Below are positions 28,673 to 39,557 of a DNA stretch of 64,000 nt, in pieces. Below the pieces are notes generated by a model, which worked only from the letters and a program-made list of their open reading frames with translations, was not told the origin of the DNA and ran no database searches. The translations under genes and the position numbers were made by a program. Source of the stretch: Patescibacteria group bacterium (lineage in GTDB: Bacteria; Patescibacteriota; Patescibacteriia; UBA10025; JAHIVO01); the NCBI GenBank assembly GCA_049325535.1, contig JBMOKY010000001.1:29002-93001 (forward strand), read 5' to 3'. Within the stretch, counting starts at the first letter, position 1; every line of letters begins with the position of its first letter.

Positions 28673-30667
28673 ATGTCTACCGCACTTATCATTGCACTGA
28701 CCGCGGCAGTCGTGGCCATCGGCTATGGACTGTTTTTGGCTCGCTGGATCATCCGCCAGCCTGCCGGATCGGAAACGATGCAGCATATTGCTAAAGCGAT
28801 CCAGCAGGGCGCCAGCGCCTACCTCAATCGCCAATATCGCACCGTGGCTATCATCGCGGTGGTGATTTTTGGTTTGCTAACCTGGCTTTTGGATCTGGAA
28901 ACCGGCATCGGATTCATAATTGGCGCGGTATTATCCGCACTGGCCGGATATATTGGCATGAATATATCGGTACGGGCAAATGTACGGACGGCTGAAGCCG
29001 CCAAACACGGACTAGCTCCGGCGCTTGCCGTCGCCGCTAAAGGCGGTGCCGTAACTGGATTGCTCGTAGTTGGCTTGGGATTGCTGGGGGTAGCCGGATA
29101 CTATGCGCTTACCAAGGATATATCAGCCTTAGTTGGTTTGGGTTTTGGTGGCAGTTTGATTTCAATATTTGCCCGATTGGGTGGTGGTATCTACACGAAA
29201 GCGGCTGACGTTGGCGCTGACTTAGTGGGAAAAGTTGAGGCCGGTATTCCCGAGGATGACCCACGGAATCCCGCGGTGATCGCGGACAACGTGGGTGATA
29301 ATGTCGGAGATTGCGCCGGTATGGCGGCGGATTTGTTTGAAACGTATGCGGTTACGGCAGTGGCGGCCATGCTGCTCGGGTCACTGACGTTCAGTGCTTT
29401 TGACAATGCATTACTATTGCCGTTGGTTATCGGCGGACTGTCCATCATCAGCTCCATCATCGGCGTTATTTTTATTCGTCTGGGTCGCACGCACAATATT
29501 ATGGGGGCGCTCTATAAGGGCTTGGCCGTTTCCGGCATCCTTTCCGCTGTTGCATTTTATCCTTTGGTACACTGGCTGATGGATGGTAATGGCCGCTATG
29601 CGACATCCAATCTTTATTTCACCGCATTGATCGGATTGGTCGTCACCGCACTGATCGTCGTGATTACCGAGTACTATACGTCGACGAAGTACGCGCCGGT
29701 ACAATCAATCGCTAAAAGTTCAGAGACAGGGCATGGTACCAACATCATCACCGGTTTGGCGGTCAGCATGAAATCGACCGCGCTCCCGGTCGTCGTTATC
29801 GCGGCCGGAATCCTCGGCGCCTATGCGCTGGCCGACGTGTACGGCATTGCCATCGCGGTGATGAGCATGCTGTCTCTTGCTGGGATCATTGTCACCATCG
29901 ATTCGTTCGGACCGATTACAGACAATGCCGGCGGGATTGCCGAGATGTCAAAATTGCCGGAAGACGTCCGGACGGTAACCGATGCGCTCGATGCGGTCGG
30001 CAATACCACCAAAGCCATCACCAAAGGGTATGCCATCGGTTCGGCTGGATTGGCGGCGGTGGTGCTGTTTGCCTCATACATCCAGGATTTGGCGGCGCAG
30101 CACAAATTTTTCGAATTCGCCCTCGATGATCCGAAGGTGATGGTGGGGCTGTTTATCGGCGGCTTGCTCCCGTATTTTTTCGGCGCCCAAGCCATGGAAG
30201 CGGTGGGCAAGGTGGCCGGCTATGTCGTCAACGAGGTGCGGCGCCAATTCAAGGAAAAGCCGGGCATCATGCAGGGTACGGAAAAGCCTGACTATGCTCG
30301 CACCGTCGATATCGTGACTAAAGGTGCTATCAAACAGATGATCGTCCCCGCATTGACGCCGGTATTGGCCCCGATTCTGGTCGGCTGGCTTCTTGGGCCG
30401 GTGGCACTGGGTGGGCTGCTGGTCGGCAGTATCGTCACCGGAATTTTTGTGGCGATATCCATGACGACCGGTGGTGCCGCATGGGACAATGCCAAAAAAT
30501 ACATCGAAGCAGGAAATCATGGTGGCAAGGGTTCCGAAGCCCACGCAGCCGCCGTAACCGGTGACACGGTTGGCGATCCATATAAAGACACAGCCGGTCC
30601 GGCCATCAATCCGATGATCAAAATTCTCAACATCGTTGCTTTGCTGATTATTGGCATTGTCATCTAA
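28673..30667 (+). CDS. hppA: Membrane-bound proton-translocating pyrophosphatase (H+-PPase)
   Basis: 664-aa polytopic protein with conserved GGG(I/L)[11 protein letters not shown](V)GKVE and DNVGDNVGD motifs. Confidence 0.9.
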   Translation: MSTALIIALTAAVVAIGYGLFLARWIIRQPAGSETMQHIAKAIQQGASAYLNRQYRTVAIIAVVIFGLLTWLLDLETGIGFIIGAVLSALAGYIGMNISVRANVRTAEAAKHGLAPALAVAAKGGAVTGLLVVGLGLLGVAGYYALTKDISALVGLGFGGSLISIFARLGGGIYTKAADVGADLVGKVEAGIPEDDPRNPAVIADNVGDNVGDCAGMAADLFETYAVTAVAAMLLGSLTFSAFDNALLLPLVIGGLSIISSIIGVIFIRLGRTHNIMGALYKGLAVSGILSAVAFYPLVHWLMDGNGRYATSNLYFTALIGLVVTALIVVITEYYTSTKYAPVQSIAKSSETGHGTNIITGLAVSMKSTALPVVVIAAGILGAYALADVYGIAIAVMSMLSLAGIIVTIDSFGPITDNAGGIAEMSKLPEDVRTVTDALDAVGNTTKAITKGYAIGSAGLAAVVLFASYIQDLAAQHKFFEFALDDPKVMVGLFIGGLLPYFFGAQAMEAVGKVAGYVVNEVRRQFKEKPGIMQGTEKPDYARTVDIVTKGAIKQMIVPALTPVLAPILVGWLLGPVALGGLLVGSIVTGIFVAISMTTGGAAWDNAKKYIEAGNHGGKGSEAHAAAVTGDTVGDPYKDTAGPAINPMIKILNIVALLIIGIVI

Positions 30668-30690
30668 TCATTTGTTTCGGAGGCCGGCCT

Positions 30691-31332
30691 ATGTATCGGT
30701 TCTTCTTCCGACTGTTGCGCCCACTTGGTCAGCGCGTCATCACGCCGGTGACGGGCAGGGAGAATATTCCAAAACACCCCCCGTATATTTTGGCTATGAA
30801 CCACGTGGGGTTTTTTGATGGTCCGGCCATTGCCATGACCATGCTGCCCTATCTGACTGAATCGCTTCAGTTTCTCACGCTTGATATCATGTGGCGCTTC
30901 TGGGGCGGTCCGTTTGCGACACGCTACTTTGGGATGGTACGGTTACAGCCGAATAATGTCCGTGGCTCATTGGATCGCATGATTGAACTAGTACGGGCGG
31001 GTAAGGCAGTCGGGATTTTTCCTGAAGGCGGCCGGAATACGCATCCTGACCAGCTATTGCTGGGGAAAACCGGTGCGATTCGGATGGCGCTCGCTACCGG
31101 CGCTCCGCTCATACCCGTCGGCATCCGCAACGCAATGGGCTTTTCCATGGCTAGTTCATTTGCCAGTTTTTTCCGGCCGGATCGCCACATCGCCATTCAT
31201 ATTGGCCGGCCGGTCGACCTGAGCGTTTATCGTAATCAGCCGATAACCCGTGAACTTTTGCATCGCGCCACTGATGATCTGATGCGTGCCATTGGTCGGT
31301 TAATTGGTGCCTCCATTACCCCACACACCTAG
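30691..31332 (+). CDS. 1-acyl-sn-glycerol-3-phosphate acyltransferase-like (LPLAT/PlsC family)
   Basis: NHVGFFDG (HxxxxD) and FPEGGRN motifs. Confidence 0.7.
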   Translation: MYRFFFRLLRPLGQRVITPVTGRENIPKHPPYILAMNHVGFFDGPAIAMTMLPYLTESLQFLTLDIMWRFWGGPFATRYFGMVRLQPNNVRGSLDRMIELVRAGKAVGIFPEGGRNTHPDQLLLGKTGAIRMALATGAPLIPVGIRNAMGFSMASSFASFFRPDRHIAIHIGRPVDLSVYRNQPITRELLHRATDDLMRAIGRLIGASITPHT

Positions 31333-31333
31333 T

Positions 31334-31996
31334 ATGTTTTATCCAATTTCACGTCGTACGCTATTTCCGCTGATCCGGTTTTTTATCAAAAAGACCATTG
31401 GTTTGGAAAATGTCCCACTCCGGGGACCGTATCTGATTGCGTGCAAACATCTGGGCCCGCTGGATGGTGTGTTTATCGGTGCCGTGCTACTGCCGTACCT
31501 CAGACAAAAAATATCCTTTATTTCTAATACGGCACCCTGGGGTTGGTTCTGGGAAAAGATTGTGGCTGAACAATGGGCAAATTGCATACCCTTCCACCGT
31601 GAAGCTCCCCATCTTTCGCTGGAGATTGCCGATGACCGCTTGAAGCAAGGCAAGATTGTCGGAATTTTTCCCGAGGGTATCATCCAGGATTATAATGAGG
31701 AGAAAATGCGAGCTAAAACCGGTACGGCGCGATTGGCGATTTGGAATCGGGTGCCGATCGTGCCCATCGGCATGGTCCACGATGTCTCTGTCCGACCCGA
31801 TTTGCCTAAATTACATCGTCGTCGTCAAGTAATTCGAAATATACTGTACAATCCTCATGCGCTGGAAATTCATATTGGCAAGCCGTTTGAATTGGCCGAG
31901 TACTACGGCCGCGAGATGACAAAAGATATGCTGATTGAAGCTACGGACATTATCATGGATCGAATTGACTCATTGACTCAAATTAATCGTAAATAA
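31334..31996 (+). CDS. Second LPLAT/PlsC-family acyltransferase
   Basis: CKHLGPLDG (HxxxxD variant) and FPEGIIQD motifs. Confidence 0.65.
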   Translation: MFYPISRRTLFPLIRFFIKKTIGLENVPLRGPYLIACKHLGPLDGVFIGAVLLPYLRQKISFISNTAPWGWFWEKIVAEQWANCIPFHREAPHLSLEIADDRLKQGKIVGIFPEGIIQDYNEEKMRAKTGTARLAIWNRVPIVPIGMVHDVSVRPDLPKLHRRRQVIRNILYNPHALEIHIGKPFELAEYYGREMTKDMLIEATDIIMDRIDSLTQINRK

Positions 31997-32009
31997 TAAC
32001 CAAACCATT

Positions 32010-33467
32010 ATGTCATACCTTTGGGATCGTATTACTCATATGTCGCCGGATGAGCAGCGGGCGCTGCAAAATAAGCGCATCGCACATTTTTTCCGGCACG
32101 AATTGCCGTACTCCCCTTTTTATCGGGCATTATTTGAAAAACACGGCATTGATTTTAAATCTATTCGTACGGTTGATGACGTGCAAAGAATTCCCTTCAC
32201 CACCAAGGCGGACATCGCCCCCACTCCTGACGATAAGGCAAAACCACGCACGTTCATGCTGCAGCCCGATGAGCATTTGATCAAGAAATATGCCCCGGCA
32301 TCCCTGCTGGCGAAGGTCATCTGGGGGAAGATTACTCGCCGAGATGTGAAACGGATGCTGGAGCGTCTCTACAAGCCGATCCACCTGCACTTCACCACCG
32401 GCCGCAGTGCTTTGCCAACGGCATTTGGCTACACTGAATCCGACATTGAGATTCTCAAGGAAGCCGGCGAACGGATGTTTAGCGTGGCCAATGTGTCACG
32501 TGATAAGGTGGCTATCAATGCATTCCCCTACGCTCCCCACCTCGCCTTTTGGCAAGCATACAACGCTTTGGTTCAGCTCGGTATTACTTCCCTGCAGACC
32601 GGCGGCGGAAAAGTCATGGGCTCGCAGAAAATTATGGACGCGCTGGAAGGAATGAAAGCCGGGCTCTTCATCTGCATTCCCGGATATGGGTATCATCTGT
32701 TGCGCGAGGCAGTGAAACAAAAGCGAAATTTTTCAGGACTCGAAACATTCATCACCGGCGGCGAGCGAGCGAGCGAAGGTATGCGGGTAAAAGTAAAATC
32801 CCTGCTGGCCCAGCTGGGCGCCCCGAATGTTCGTTTCTTAAGCACGTATGCTTTTACCGAAGCTAAGACCGCCTGGATCCAGTGCCACGAAAAATCGGGG
32901 TATCACCTGTATCCCGATTTGGGATATTTTGAGGTGATTGATAAAGACGGGAAACGAGTACCCGATGGCCAGCCGGGGGAATTGGTCTACACCAGTATTG
33001 GCTGGCGCGGATCAGTCGTGGTGCGGTATCGCACGGGCGACATGACCACGGGTATTGAGTACAGTCCCTGCCAGTACTGTGGGCGGACGGTTCCACGCAT
33101 CGGAGTTGATTTGCAGCGCACTACTGAAATCAAAGAATTTCATCTCACGAAGGTGAAAGGTGAATTAGTCAATCTGAATGATTTTTATCCTCTGCTATCC
33201 GGTTTGCCCGAAGTGGAAGAGTGGCAGGTGGAGATTTCCAAGAAAGACAATGACCCCCATGGGCTCGATGAAATCACGATTTACCTGGCGCCAAAAACAG
33301 GCGTTGACTTTGCTCAACTAGAGCGTACGGTCAATAAACTGGTGCACAATCAAATCTTTGTGACCGCCGCTATCCGTCAGAAGCCGCTTGATGAGTTGCT
33401 TCGCATGCTGGGTATGGAGACAGAATTAAAAGAAAAACGCATTGTCGACAATCGGCCAAAAGATTAG
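32010..33467 (+). CDS. Adenylate-forming enzyme of the phenylacetate-CoA ligase / coenzyme F390 synthetase (PaaK-like) family
   Basis: 485 aa. The N-terminal region and the TGGERASEG...YRTGD motif pattern are typical of PaaK-like acyl-adenylate ligases. Confidence 0.6.
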   Translation: MSYLWDRITHMSPDEQRALQNKRIAHFFRHELPYSPFYRALFEKHGIDFKSIRTVDDVQRIPFTTKADIAPTPDDKAKPRTFMLQPDEHLIKKYAPASLLAKVIWGKITRRDVKRMLERLYKPIHLHFTTGRSALPTAFGYTESDIEILKEAGERMFSVANVSRDKVAINAFPYAPHLAFWQAYNALVQLGITSLQTGGGKVMGSQKIMDALEGMKAGLFICIPGYGYHLLREAVKQKRNFSGLETFITGGERASEGMRVKVKSLLAQLGAPNVRFLSTYAFTEAKTAWIQCHEKSGYHLYPDLGYFEVIDKDGKRVPDGQPGELVYTSIGWRGSVVVRYRTGDMTTGIEYSPCQYCGRTVPRIGVDLQRTTEIKEFHLTKVKGELVNLNDFYPLLSGLPEVEEWQVEISKKDNDPHGLDEITIYLAPKTGVDFAQLERTVNKLVHNQIFVTAAIRQKPLDELLRMLGMETELKEKRIVDNRPKD

Positions 33468-34368
33468 TCAACCGCCACAGCGTGACATTGTTCTGGCATT
33501 TTCCGGTGGCGTGATGCAGGGCGTATTTGGCGCCGGGGTAGCAACCGCACTACAGGAGGCAAATCTGTATCCGCGCATCCATAGTGTGTATAGTTCGTCG
33601 GCCGGTGCTCACAATGCGGCGTATTTTTTGTCCCGACAGACACGACTCGGATCGTCAATTTATTATGAGGATTTGACCGGTCGTCAGTTCATCCATGTGG
33701 AGCGGTTGTGGCGATTTATCGGAGGTTGCGTGCGGCGGCTATGGGATCGGCGCGCCCCGATTCGTGCGCTGGCTGATTTAGATTACCTCATCACTGAGGT
33801 GGAACAGAAGCGAAAGCCGCTCGATATCGCGGCTATTGTTCGCCAGCCGATTCACTGGTGGGTGCACGGATATGATATTTCACGCCATAGCTGGACCTGG
33901 CTGGATGGCAAACGGGACACCTGGGCCACTCTCAAGGCGACCGCCACAGCGACGCCATACTATCCCCAGAGCGTGCCGTGTCAGGGGCGTTCAATTATTG
34001 ACGGCAGCGTCATTCGGAGCACACGGATGCTCGATGTGGCCCGGGACCATCCGGATAAAATTATACTATACATTCGCAATCGCCGTCGGACTCGGTGGGG
34101 CGTCGTCAGAGAGCTTCCGGGTCGCCTCCTTGATTCGATATTGGCAGCGATCATACACAATTGGCGAGTGGGTTGGGCGTTATGGATGACTGCTTTTGAC
34201 TTCCCCTTGCGTCGGCGGATAGAGGTCCTATCCAATGTCATCCTGATAGAAAATCAGCTGGGGTCAAATGCCATCGAGACGGATGCACAGGAGCTGCGCC
34301 GCATATATGCGCATGGGATCGCGGCCGGCCAGGCCGCACTGCAGCAATTATCTCGTTTCACATTTTGA
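33442..34368 (+). CDS. Patatin-like phospholipase/esterase
   Basis: Gly-rich oxyanion loop FSGGVMQGVFGAGV, nucleophile-elbow-like YSSSAGA, and DGSV Asp motif. Confidence 0.65.
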   Translation: MSTIGQKISQPPQRDIVLAFSGGVMQGVFGAGVATALQEANLYPRIHSVYSSSAGAHNAAYFLSRQTRLGSSIYYEDLTGRQFIHVERLWRFIGGCVRRLWDRRAPIRALADLDYLITEVEQKRKPLDIAAIVRQPIHWWVHGYDISRHSWTWLDGKRDTWATLKATATATPYYPQSVPCQGRSIIDGSVIRSTRMLDVARDHPDKIILYIRNRRRTRWGVVRELPGRLLDSILAAIIHNWRVGWALWMTAFDFPLRRRIEVLSNVILIENQLGSNAIETDAQELRRIYAHGIAAGQAALQQLSRFTF

Positions 34369-34425
34369 AATACCGGATAAACCTGATACAATGACGCTAC
34401 CATCGCGTCATTTTTTGCGTATCGT

Positions 34426-34968
34426 ATGTGGCTTTCTCTCATCCAAATCATCTGGTTTTTCTTTCCCGCAGGGGTAGCCAATATGGGTGCATCCATGTCC
34501 CGGTTTTTACCGGTACCGGCCCTGCCCGTCGATGCCGGCCGCACGTGGCGCGGAAAGCGTATCCTCGGTGACCATAAGACCTGGCGGGGCGTCATCACAG
34601 GTTTGATTGCCGGCACACTATTTTATTACCTCCAGCGGTGGTTATATCTGGCGTATGACTGGGCGCGGGAAATCAGCTTTATCGATTATGCCGATATGTC
34701 CATCTGGTTTCCTGTGCTTTTGGGGGCTGGCGCACTTATCGGTGATATGGTAAAAAGTATTGCCAAGCGGCAGTTCGGTATCGCGCCCGGGATATCCTGG
34801 ATGCCGTTTGACCAGATCGACTATGTGCTCGGGGCAGCTGCTCTGGTCAGTATCATTACGTTTCCCGGTTGGGGACGTATTGGTATAGCTATCGCGCTTG
34901 GTTTCACCTTTCACATCTTAGTTAATCGTATCGCCTACTTACTTCGTATCCAAAGAAATACATTATGA
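34426..34968 (+). CDS. CDP-archaeol synthase-like (CarS/DUF46 family) membrane protein
   Basis: GDHKTWRG and DMVKSIAKRQFGI motifs match the CarS/DUF46 CTP-transferase signature. 5 TM helices. Confidence 0.6.
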   Translation: MWLSLIQIIWFFFPAGVANMGASMSRFLPVPALPVDAGRTWRGKRILGDHKTWRGVITGLIAGTLFYYLQRWLYLAYDWAREISFIDYADMSIWFPVLLGAGALIGDMVKSIAKRQFGIAPGISWMPFDQIDYVLGAAALVSIITFPGWGRIGIAIALGFTFHILVNRIAYLLRIQRNTL

Positions 34969-36248
34969 ACGTTACCGTTACCAAACAACCAAAAAGTATG
35001 ATCCAGCTGACCGTAACCATAGAACCAGATGAACTGCAGTCCTATGTGGAGCGGGCTATTAGTGAGCTGGGGAAGTCGATGCGGATTGCCGGATTTCGGC
35101 CGGGAAAAGCACCTCGAGAATTGATTATTCGCGAGGCTGGGCAGATGAAATTGTATCAGCAGGCAGCAGAGTCGGCGGTGGAAAAAACCTATCCAGAGGC
35201 CGTCGTGCAGCATAATCTGCAGACGATCGGCATGCCGCAAGTATCGGTAGAAAAATTGGCTCCGGGGAACCCGCTCGTGTATACTGCCACCGTTGCCCTG
35301 TTACCCCAGGTGAAACTCGGGAATTACAAAAAAATCGTCGAAGAAAAAAAATCGGTGGCCGTCACGTCCGATGAAGTGGATGCTACCATCGGAAATTTAC
35401 GGCGCATGTTTGGTAAGGAAGTAAAGGTGGATCGTCCGGCGCGGCAACAGGATAAGGTTGAAATCGACATGGAAACGTTCATGGACAATGTGCCGCTGGA
35501 TGGCGGAGCCAGTAAAAAACAACCGATCGTCATCGGTGAGGGACATTTTATTCCGGGGTTTGAGGATGCGTTGATCGGTTTGGCCGCAGGCGTGAAGAAA
35601 GACTTGACCCTCCATTTCCCCAAGGAATACCATCGCAAAGATTTGGCGGGCAAACCAGCGACGTTCCGCGTGGCGGTCAGTGCCGTATATGAAATTACTC
35701 TGCCGCCGCTTGATGACACTTTCGCCAAGCAGGTGGGCGCTTTTGAAACACTCGACGCGTTGCGCCAGCAGATAGAAAAAAATATCCACGAGGAAAAAAC
35801 CAGCAAAGAACGGCAGCGCTGGGAACTGGCGGTAATCGATCGGATCGTCGGCACATCAACCTTTGATGAGATTCCTGATATCCTGGTGGATAATGAGTTG
35901 CACAAGATGCTGCATGAGTTGGAGCACGAAGTCACCAATCAGGGTATGAAATTTGACGACTATCTGGCCAGCATCAAGAAAACGCGAGACGAATTAAGCG
36001 TAGAGTTTCGCCCTCGGGCGGTTAAACGTGTACAGACAGCGCTGGCGCTGCGCGCTATTGCTCGTGCGGAGAATATTACGGTAGCTGATTCCGAGCTGAA
36101 TCAACAGATTGACGAGGAGCGCAAACAGTATGCCCAGAATCCGGAAATTATCAAGCAAATAAACTCATCGGAATATCGAGACTATCTGCATAATGTAATG
36201 CGCAGCCGCAAGGTTTTTGATTTTTTTGAGGAATTGAGCAGGAAATAA
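34965..36248 (+). CDS. tig: Trigger factor
   Basis: N-terminal ribosome-binding motif (GFRPGKAP), central FKBP-like PPIase domain, and C-terminal arm. Confidence 0.85.
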   Translation: MNVTVTKQPKSMIQLTVTIEPDELQSYVERAISELGKSMRIAGFRPGKAPRELIIREAGQMKLYQQAAESAVEKTYPEAVVQHNLQTIGMPQVSVEKLAPGNPLVYTATVALLPQVKLGNYKKIVEEKKSVAVTSDEVDATIGNLRRMFGKEVKVDRPARQQDKVEIDMETFMDNVPLDGGASKKQPIVIGEGHFIPGFEDALIGLAAGVKKDLTLHFPKEYHRKDLAGKPATFRVAVSAVYEITLPPLDDTFAKQVGAFETLDALRQQIEKNIHEEKTSKERQRWELAVIDRIVGTSTFDEIPDILVDNELHKMLHELEHEVTNQGMKFDDYLASIKKTRDELSVEFRPRAVKRVQTALALRAIARAENITVADSELNQQIDEERKQYAQNPEIIKQINSSEYRDYLHNVMRSRKVFDFFEELSRK

Positions 36249-36250
36249 TT

Positions 36251-37081
36251 ATGCTATTCGGCGCGCATGTCTCAATTGCCGGCGGGGTATGGAATGCGCC
36301 GCTCAATGCCGCGGCGGAACATTTGGAGTGTTTTCAGATGTTCACTCGGTCGCCTCGGGGCGGAGCGGCAGCTGCATTGACTCTGAGCAGTATCGCCGCG
36401 TTCAAAGAAAACTGTGCGGCGCACGCATTGCGCCGGTGCTACGTCCATGCGCCGTACTATATCAATTTTGCCTCGTCTAACACCCGGGTTCGTCAGGGAT
36501 CAATCACCGTCATTCGTGAGGAGCTGGAGCGTGCCTCAGCCTTGGGCGTGACCGCGCTGATGACTCACTTGGGGTCAGCCAAGGATGTTGGCTCGGCAAA
36601 GGCACTGGAAATGACTATTGCTGGATTGCAGAAGGCACTGGACGGGTATTCAGGAACATGCCAATTCCTCATAGAAAATGCAGCCGGAGCCGGGCAGGTG
36701 ATTGGCGATCGGTTTGAGGAACTGCAGAGCATTATTGATGCGCTGCCGGAGACGGTTGGCATTTGTTTTGATACCTGCCATGCATTTGCTTCCGGATATG
36801 ATCTCCGCTCGAAGCAAACGGTAGATGCAACTCTGAAGGAGTTTGATGCGCACATCGGCCTGGGTCGGCTGACGATTATCCACGCCAATGACAGTCAGGG
36901 CGAGCTCGGTTCGAAAAAAGACCGGCACGAACATATCGGCCAGGGGCAGATCGGGATGGCGGGATGGAAAGCGCTGGTTAGCCATCCGAAATTACAGCGA
37001 GTCGATTTCATACTGGAGACTCCGCCGGGCGATGCACGGGATCATGATCTGACAACATTACTAGCGCTCCGTAAAGTATGA
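36251..37081 (+). CDS. nfo: Endonuclease IV (AP endonuclease family 2)
   Basis: MLFGAHVSIAGG... start and the family-2 TIM-barrel metal-ligand pattern (HAPYYINFAS, ENAAG, ICFDTCHAFASGYD). Confidence 0.85.
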   Translation: MLFGAHVSIAGGVWNAPLNAAAEHLECFQMFTRSPRGGAAAALTLSSIAAFKENCAAHALRRCYVHAPYYINFASSNTRVRQGSITVIREELERASALGVTALMTHLGSAKDVGSAKALEMTIAGLQKALDGYSGTCQFLIENAAGAGQVIGDRFEELQSIIDALPETVGICFDTCHAFASGYDLRSKQTVDATLKEFDAHIGLGRLTIIHANDSQGELGSKKDRHEHIGQGQIGMAGWKALVSHPKLQRVDFILETPPGDARDHDLTTLLALRKV

Positions 37082-37722
37082 AAAGCGGCTGGGCGACACT
37101 TCGCGCGTTTGTCCTCTGGTTGATCCTCATCGGCCTGGGCGTGGTTCTCGTGGCCATGTACACGCAATTTAATTATTGGTTGGTCCGCCCGCTGGTACGT
37201 GATGAAGCGCCGGAACGTGTCGATGCGATTATCGTGCTCGGGGGCGGCGTGATTCGCGGTACTGACACCAATTTTTTACCCTATGGACCGCAGGAGCGCG
37301 TCCAGCGGGGTGTCGAGCTGTATCGGGCCGGGTATGCCGATCGGGTGATCATGACCGGTGGACAGGTCGAGGGCGAGACATACACTGAGAGTCAGTACAT
37401 GAAAGCGTATGCCGAAGTATTGGGCGTACCATCCGAGAATATCATCGAGGATCCGTATGCTCATGATACCAGTGAAAATGCGTATTTTTCTTTGCGGATC
37501 ATGAGCGATCGTCACTGGAAAACGGCGATTGTGGTTACCTCATATTTCCATACGCATCGCGCCTGTGCTGTTTTCGAAAAACAGGACGCGGACATCACCT
37601 GTGTGGCCGCCTGGCCGAACGAGGATTTCCGTCGCGACCCGTTCCGCAATCTCATCGAGTTTCGCTCCATCCTACGGGATTATCTGGCGACCGTGTATTA
37701 TTATATGGGAAATAAATTATAA
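37078..37722 (+). CDS. DUF218/YdcF-like membrane-anchored protein
   Basis: N-terminal TM helix. IVLGGGV...RVIMTGG motif pattern of the DUF218 family. Confidence 0.6.
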   Translation: MKSGWATLRAFVLWLILIGLGVVLVAMYTQFNYWLVRPLVRDEAPERVDAIIVLGGGVIRGTDTNFLPYGPQERVQRGVELYRAGYADRVIMTGGQVEGETYTESQYMKAYAEVLGVPSENIIEDPYAHDTSENAYFSLRIMSDRHWKTAIVVTSYFHTHRACAVFEKQDADITCVAAWPNEDFRRDPFRNLIEFRSILRDYLATVYYYMGNKL

Positions 37723-38273
37723 TGCGTGAAACGGAGCCGGAAAAATACGGGATCGTGCTGCTGCCTCCGCCTGACGTGCAGGATTGGCTGCAACAGTTGA
37801 ATATTATCGTGAATGCCGGTATGGCCCACCCCCCGCTGGTGCTAGGAAGCAATCATCTGCCCCACGTTTCCCTGGCGCATCTGTATGTGGCCGACCCGTT
37901 TGCTTTAGTTGAGCCGTTGACACGCCTACTGCAATCGACGCATCCCCTCGCCGTATCGCTATCCTCGCTGTCGGTCGATACCATCGGTCAACATACGTGG
38001 AGTTCGGTCGTGATCCAGGACACTCCGGTATTGCATCAATTGCATATCGATGTCATGAACACGGTGTTGCCGTTTGAAACGCGTCCGTCTCGCTATCGCG
38101 ACTCTTGTAGCTATGACAAATTTTGGCCGCATGTGACCGTAGGAGTGGATAGCATCCCGACTGATATGGAGTTTTCCTCCCGGCGGGTAATAATCGACCG
38201 GGTGGCGTTGGCACGCATGGGTAGGCCATATGCCACCTGTGATGCTATACTACGGGAGTGGACATTAATCTGA
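37722..38273 (+). CDS. 2H phosphoesterase (LigT-like) family protein
   Basis: Two H-x-(S/T)-x motifs (HVSLAH and HVTVGV) separated by about 100 aa. Confidence 0.55.
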   Translation: MRETEPEKYGIVLLPPPDVQDWLQQLNIIVNAGMAHPPLVLGSNHLPHVSLAHLYVADPFALVEPLTRLLQSTHPLAVSLSSLSVDTIGQHTWSSVVIQDTPVLHQLHIDVMNTVLPFETRPSRYRDSCSYDKFWPHVTVGVDSIPTDMEFSSRRVIIDRVALARMGRPYATCDAILREWTLI

Positions 38274-38280
38274 CATACCT

Positions 38281-38787
38281 ATGAAGATAGCGATTATTTC
38301 CGACACCCACGATAACTGGGCAAATATTGATAAAGTGCTGACTCATGTCAAAAAAGAAAAAGCCGACGCATTGATTCATTGCGGTGACGTCTGTGCGCCG
38401 ATCACGATGGTGCGTATCGCTGAAGGATTTGGCGGGCCTATACATCTCTGCATCGGCAATGTCGACGGTGACCCATTCCGCATGTTGCAAAAGGCTCACG
38501 ACGGGTCGGCTCCGAATGTGACTATCTATCCGGAAATTGGCGAGTTTGAGCTGGGAGGGAAAAAGTTTGCCATTAACCATTATCCTGACATCGCTTCCAA
38601 ATTAGCGAAATCAGGCGTATATGACATTGTGGTGTATGGGCATAACCATAAACCCTGGGAGGAGACGATTGGTCACACGCGACTAGTCAATCCAGGTAAT
38701 GTGGCGAATATGGTGTATGGGCCGACGTTTGCGTATTATGACACGAATGCCGATCAGCTTACCCTTATCCGGGTTGATGACCTATGA
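38281..38787 (+). CDS. YfcE/MJ0936-family metallophosphoesterase
   Basis: MKIAIISDTHDN...IHCGDV...GNVDG...GHNH motif series. Confidence 0.8.
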   Translation: MKIAIISDTHDNWANIDKVLTHVKKEKADALIHCGDVCAPITMVRIAEGFGGPIHLCIGNVDGDPFRMLQKAHDGSAPNVTIYPEIGEFELGGKKFAINHYPDIASKLAKSGVYDIVVYGHNHKPWEETIGHTRLVNPGNVANMVYGPTFAYYDTNADQLTLIRVDDL

Positions 38788-39557
38788 GTAGTTTTCGTAC
38801 CACCGCTGTCCGCGCCGCCCGATCGGCCGGTCATGAATTGATGCGCCATTTTCGCCATCTCACCACTCATCAGGTGAAAAAGAAGGGCCGCCATGATTTG
38901 GTCACCGAGGCGGATATGGCCGCGAACCGGGCTATCATTCGTACTATTCGGCGCCAATTTCCCGATCATGATTTCTTGAGTGAGGAGACCGGACTCGAGG
39001 ACAATCCTGGTGCATACCGTTGGACGATCGATCCGCTCGATGGCACGATGAATTTTGCTTTGCAATCCCCTCTTTTTTGCACTGCTATCGCCCTGCTGCA
39101 TGGGACCGAAATACGCCTCGGCGTGATTTATGCACCGTATATGAAGGAGCTGTATGTCGCCGAGGAAGGTAAAGGAGCCTGGTTAAACGGCATGCGGTTG
39201 CGGGTTTCCACTACTCGCGCGCTGTCTGATACATTGGTCCTCATCGGGCGGACGCACCGACGCCAGTCCCATGAAAATTTCGTGCGCCTGCAGCATCGGT
39301 TGGAGGATCGGGTATTCAACGTGCGCCGACTGGGGAGCGGATCTCTGGAGCTGGCCTATACGGCAGCAGGCCGGAGCGATGCCACCATCTTTACCCCTCC
39401 GGGCGTCAGTTTGTGGGATGCGCCGGCTGGGGTGCTGCTGGTACAGGAGGCGGGCGGTACGGTCACTGGATTTCATAATAAACCCTGGACGGCGCGCAGT
39501 ACCGGCCTCGTAGCTTCAAATGGCCACATTCACCGTTCATTGATTCGGGCACTGTGA
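38784..39557 (+). CDS. suhB: Inositol monophosphatase family protein
   Basis: DPLDGTMNF and WDAPAGVLLVQEAGG motifs. Confidence 0.8.
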   Translation: MSSFRTTAVRAARSAGHELMRHFRHLTTHQVKKKGRHDLVTEADMAANRAIIRTIRRQFPDHDFLSEETGLEDNPGAYRWTIDPLDGTMNFALQSPLFCTAIALLHGTEIRLGVIYAPYMKELYVAEEGKGAWLNGMRLRVSTTRALSDTLVLIGRTHRRQSHENFVRLQHRLEDRVFNVRRLGSGSLELAYTAAGRSDATIFTPPGVSLWDAPAGVLLVQEAGGTVTGFHNKPWTARSTGLVASNGHIHRSLIRAL

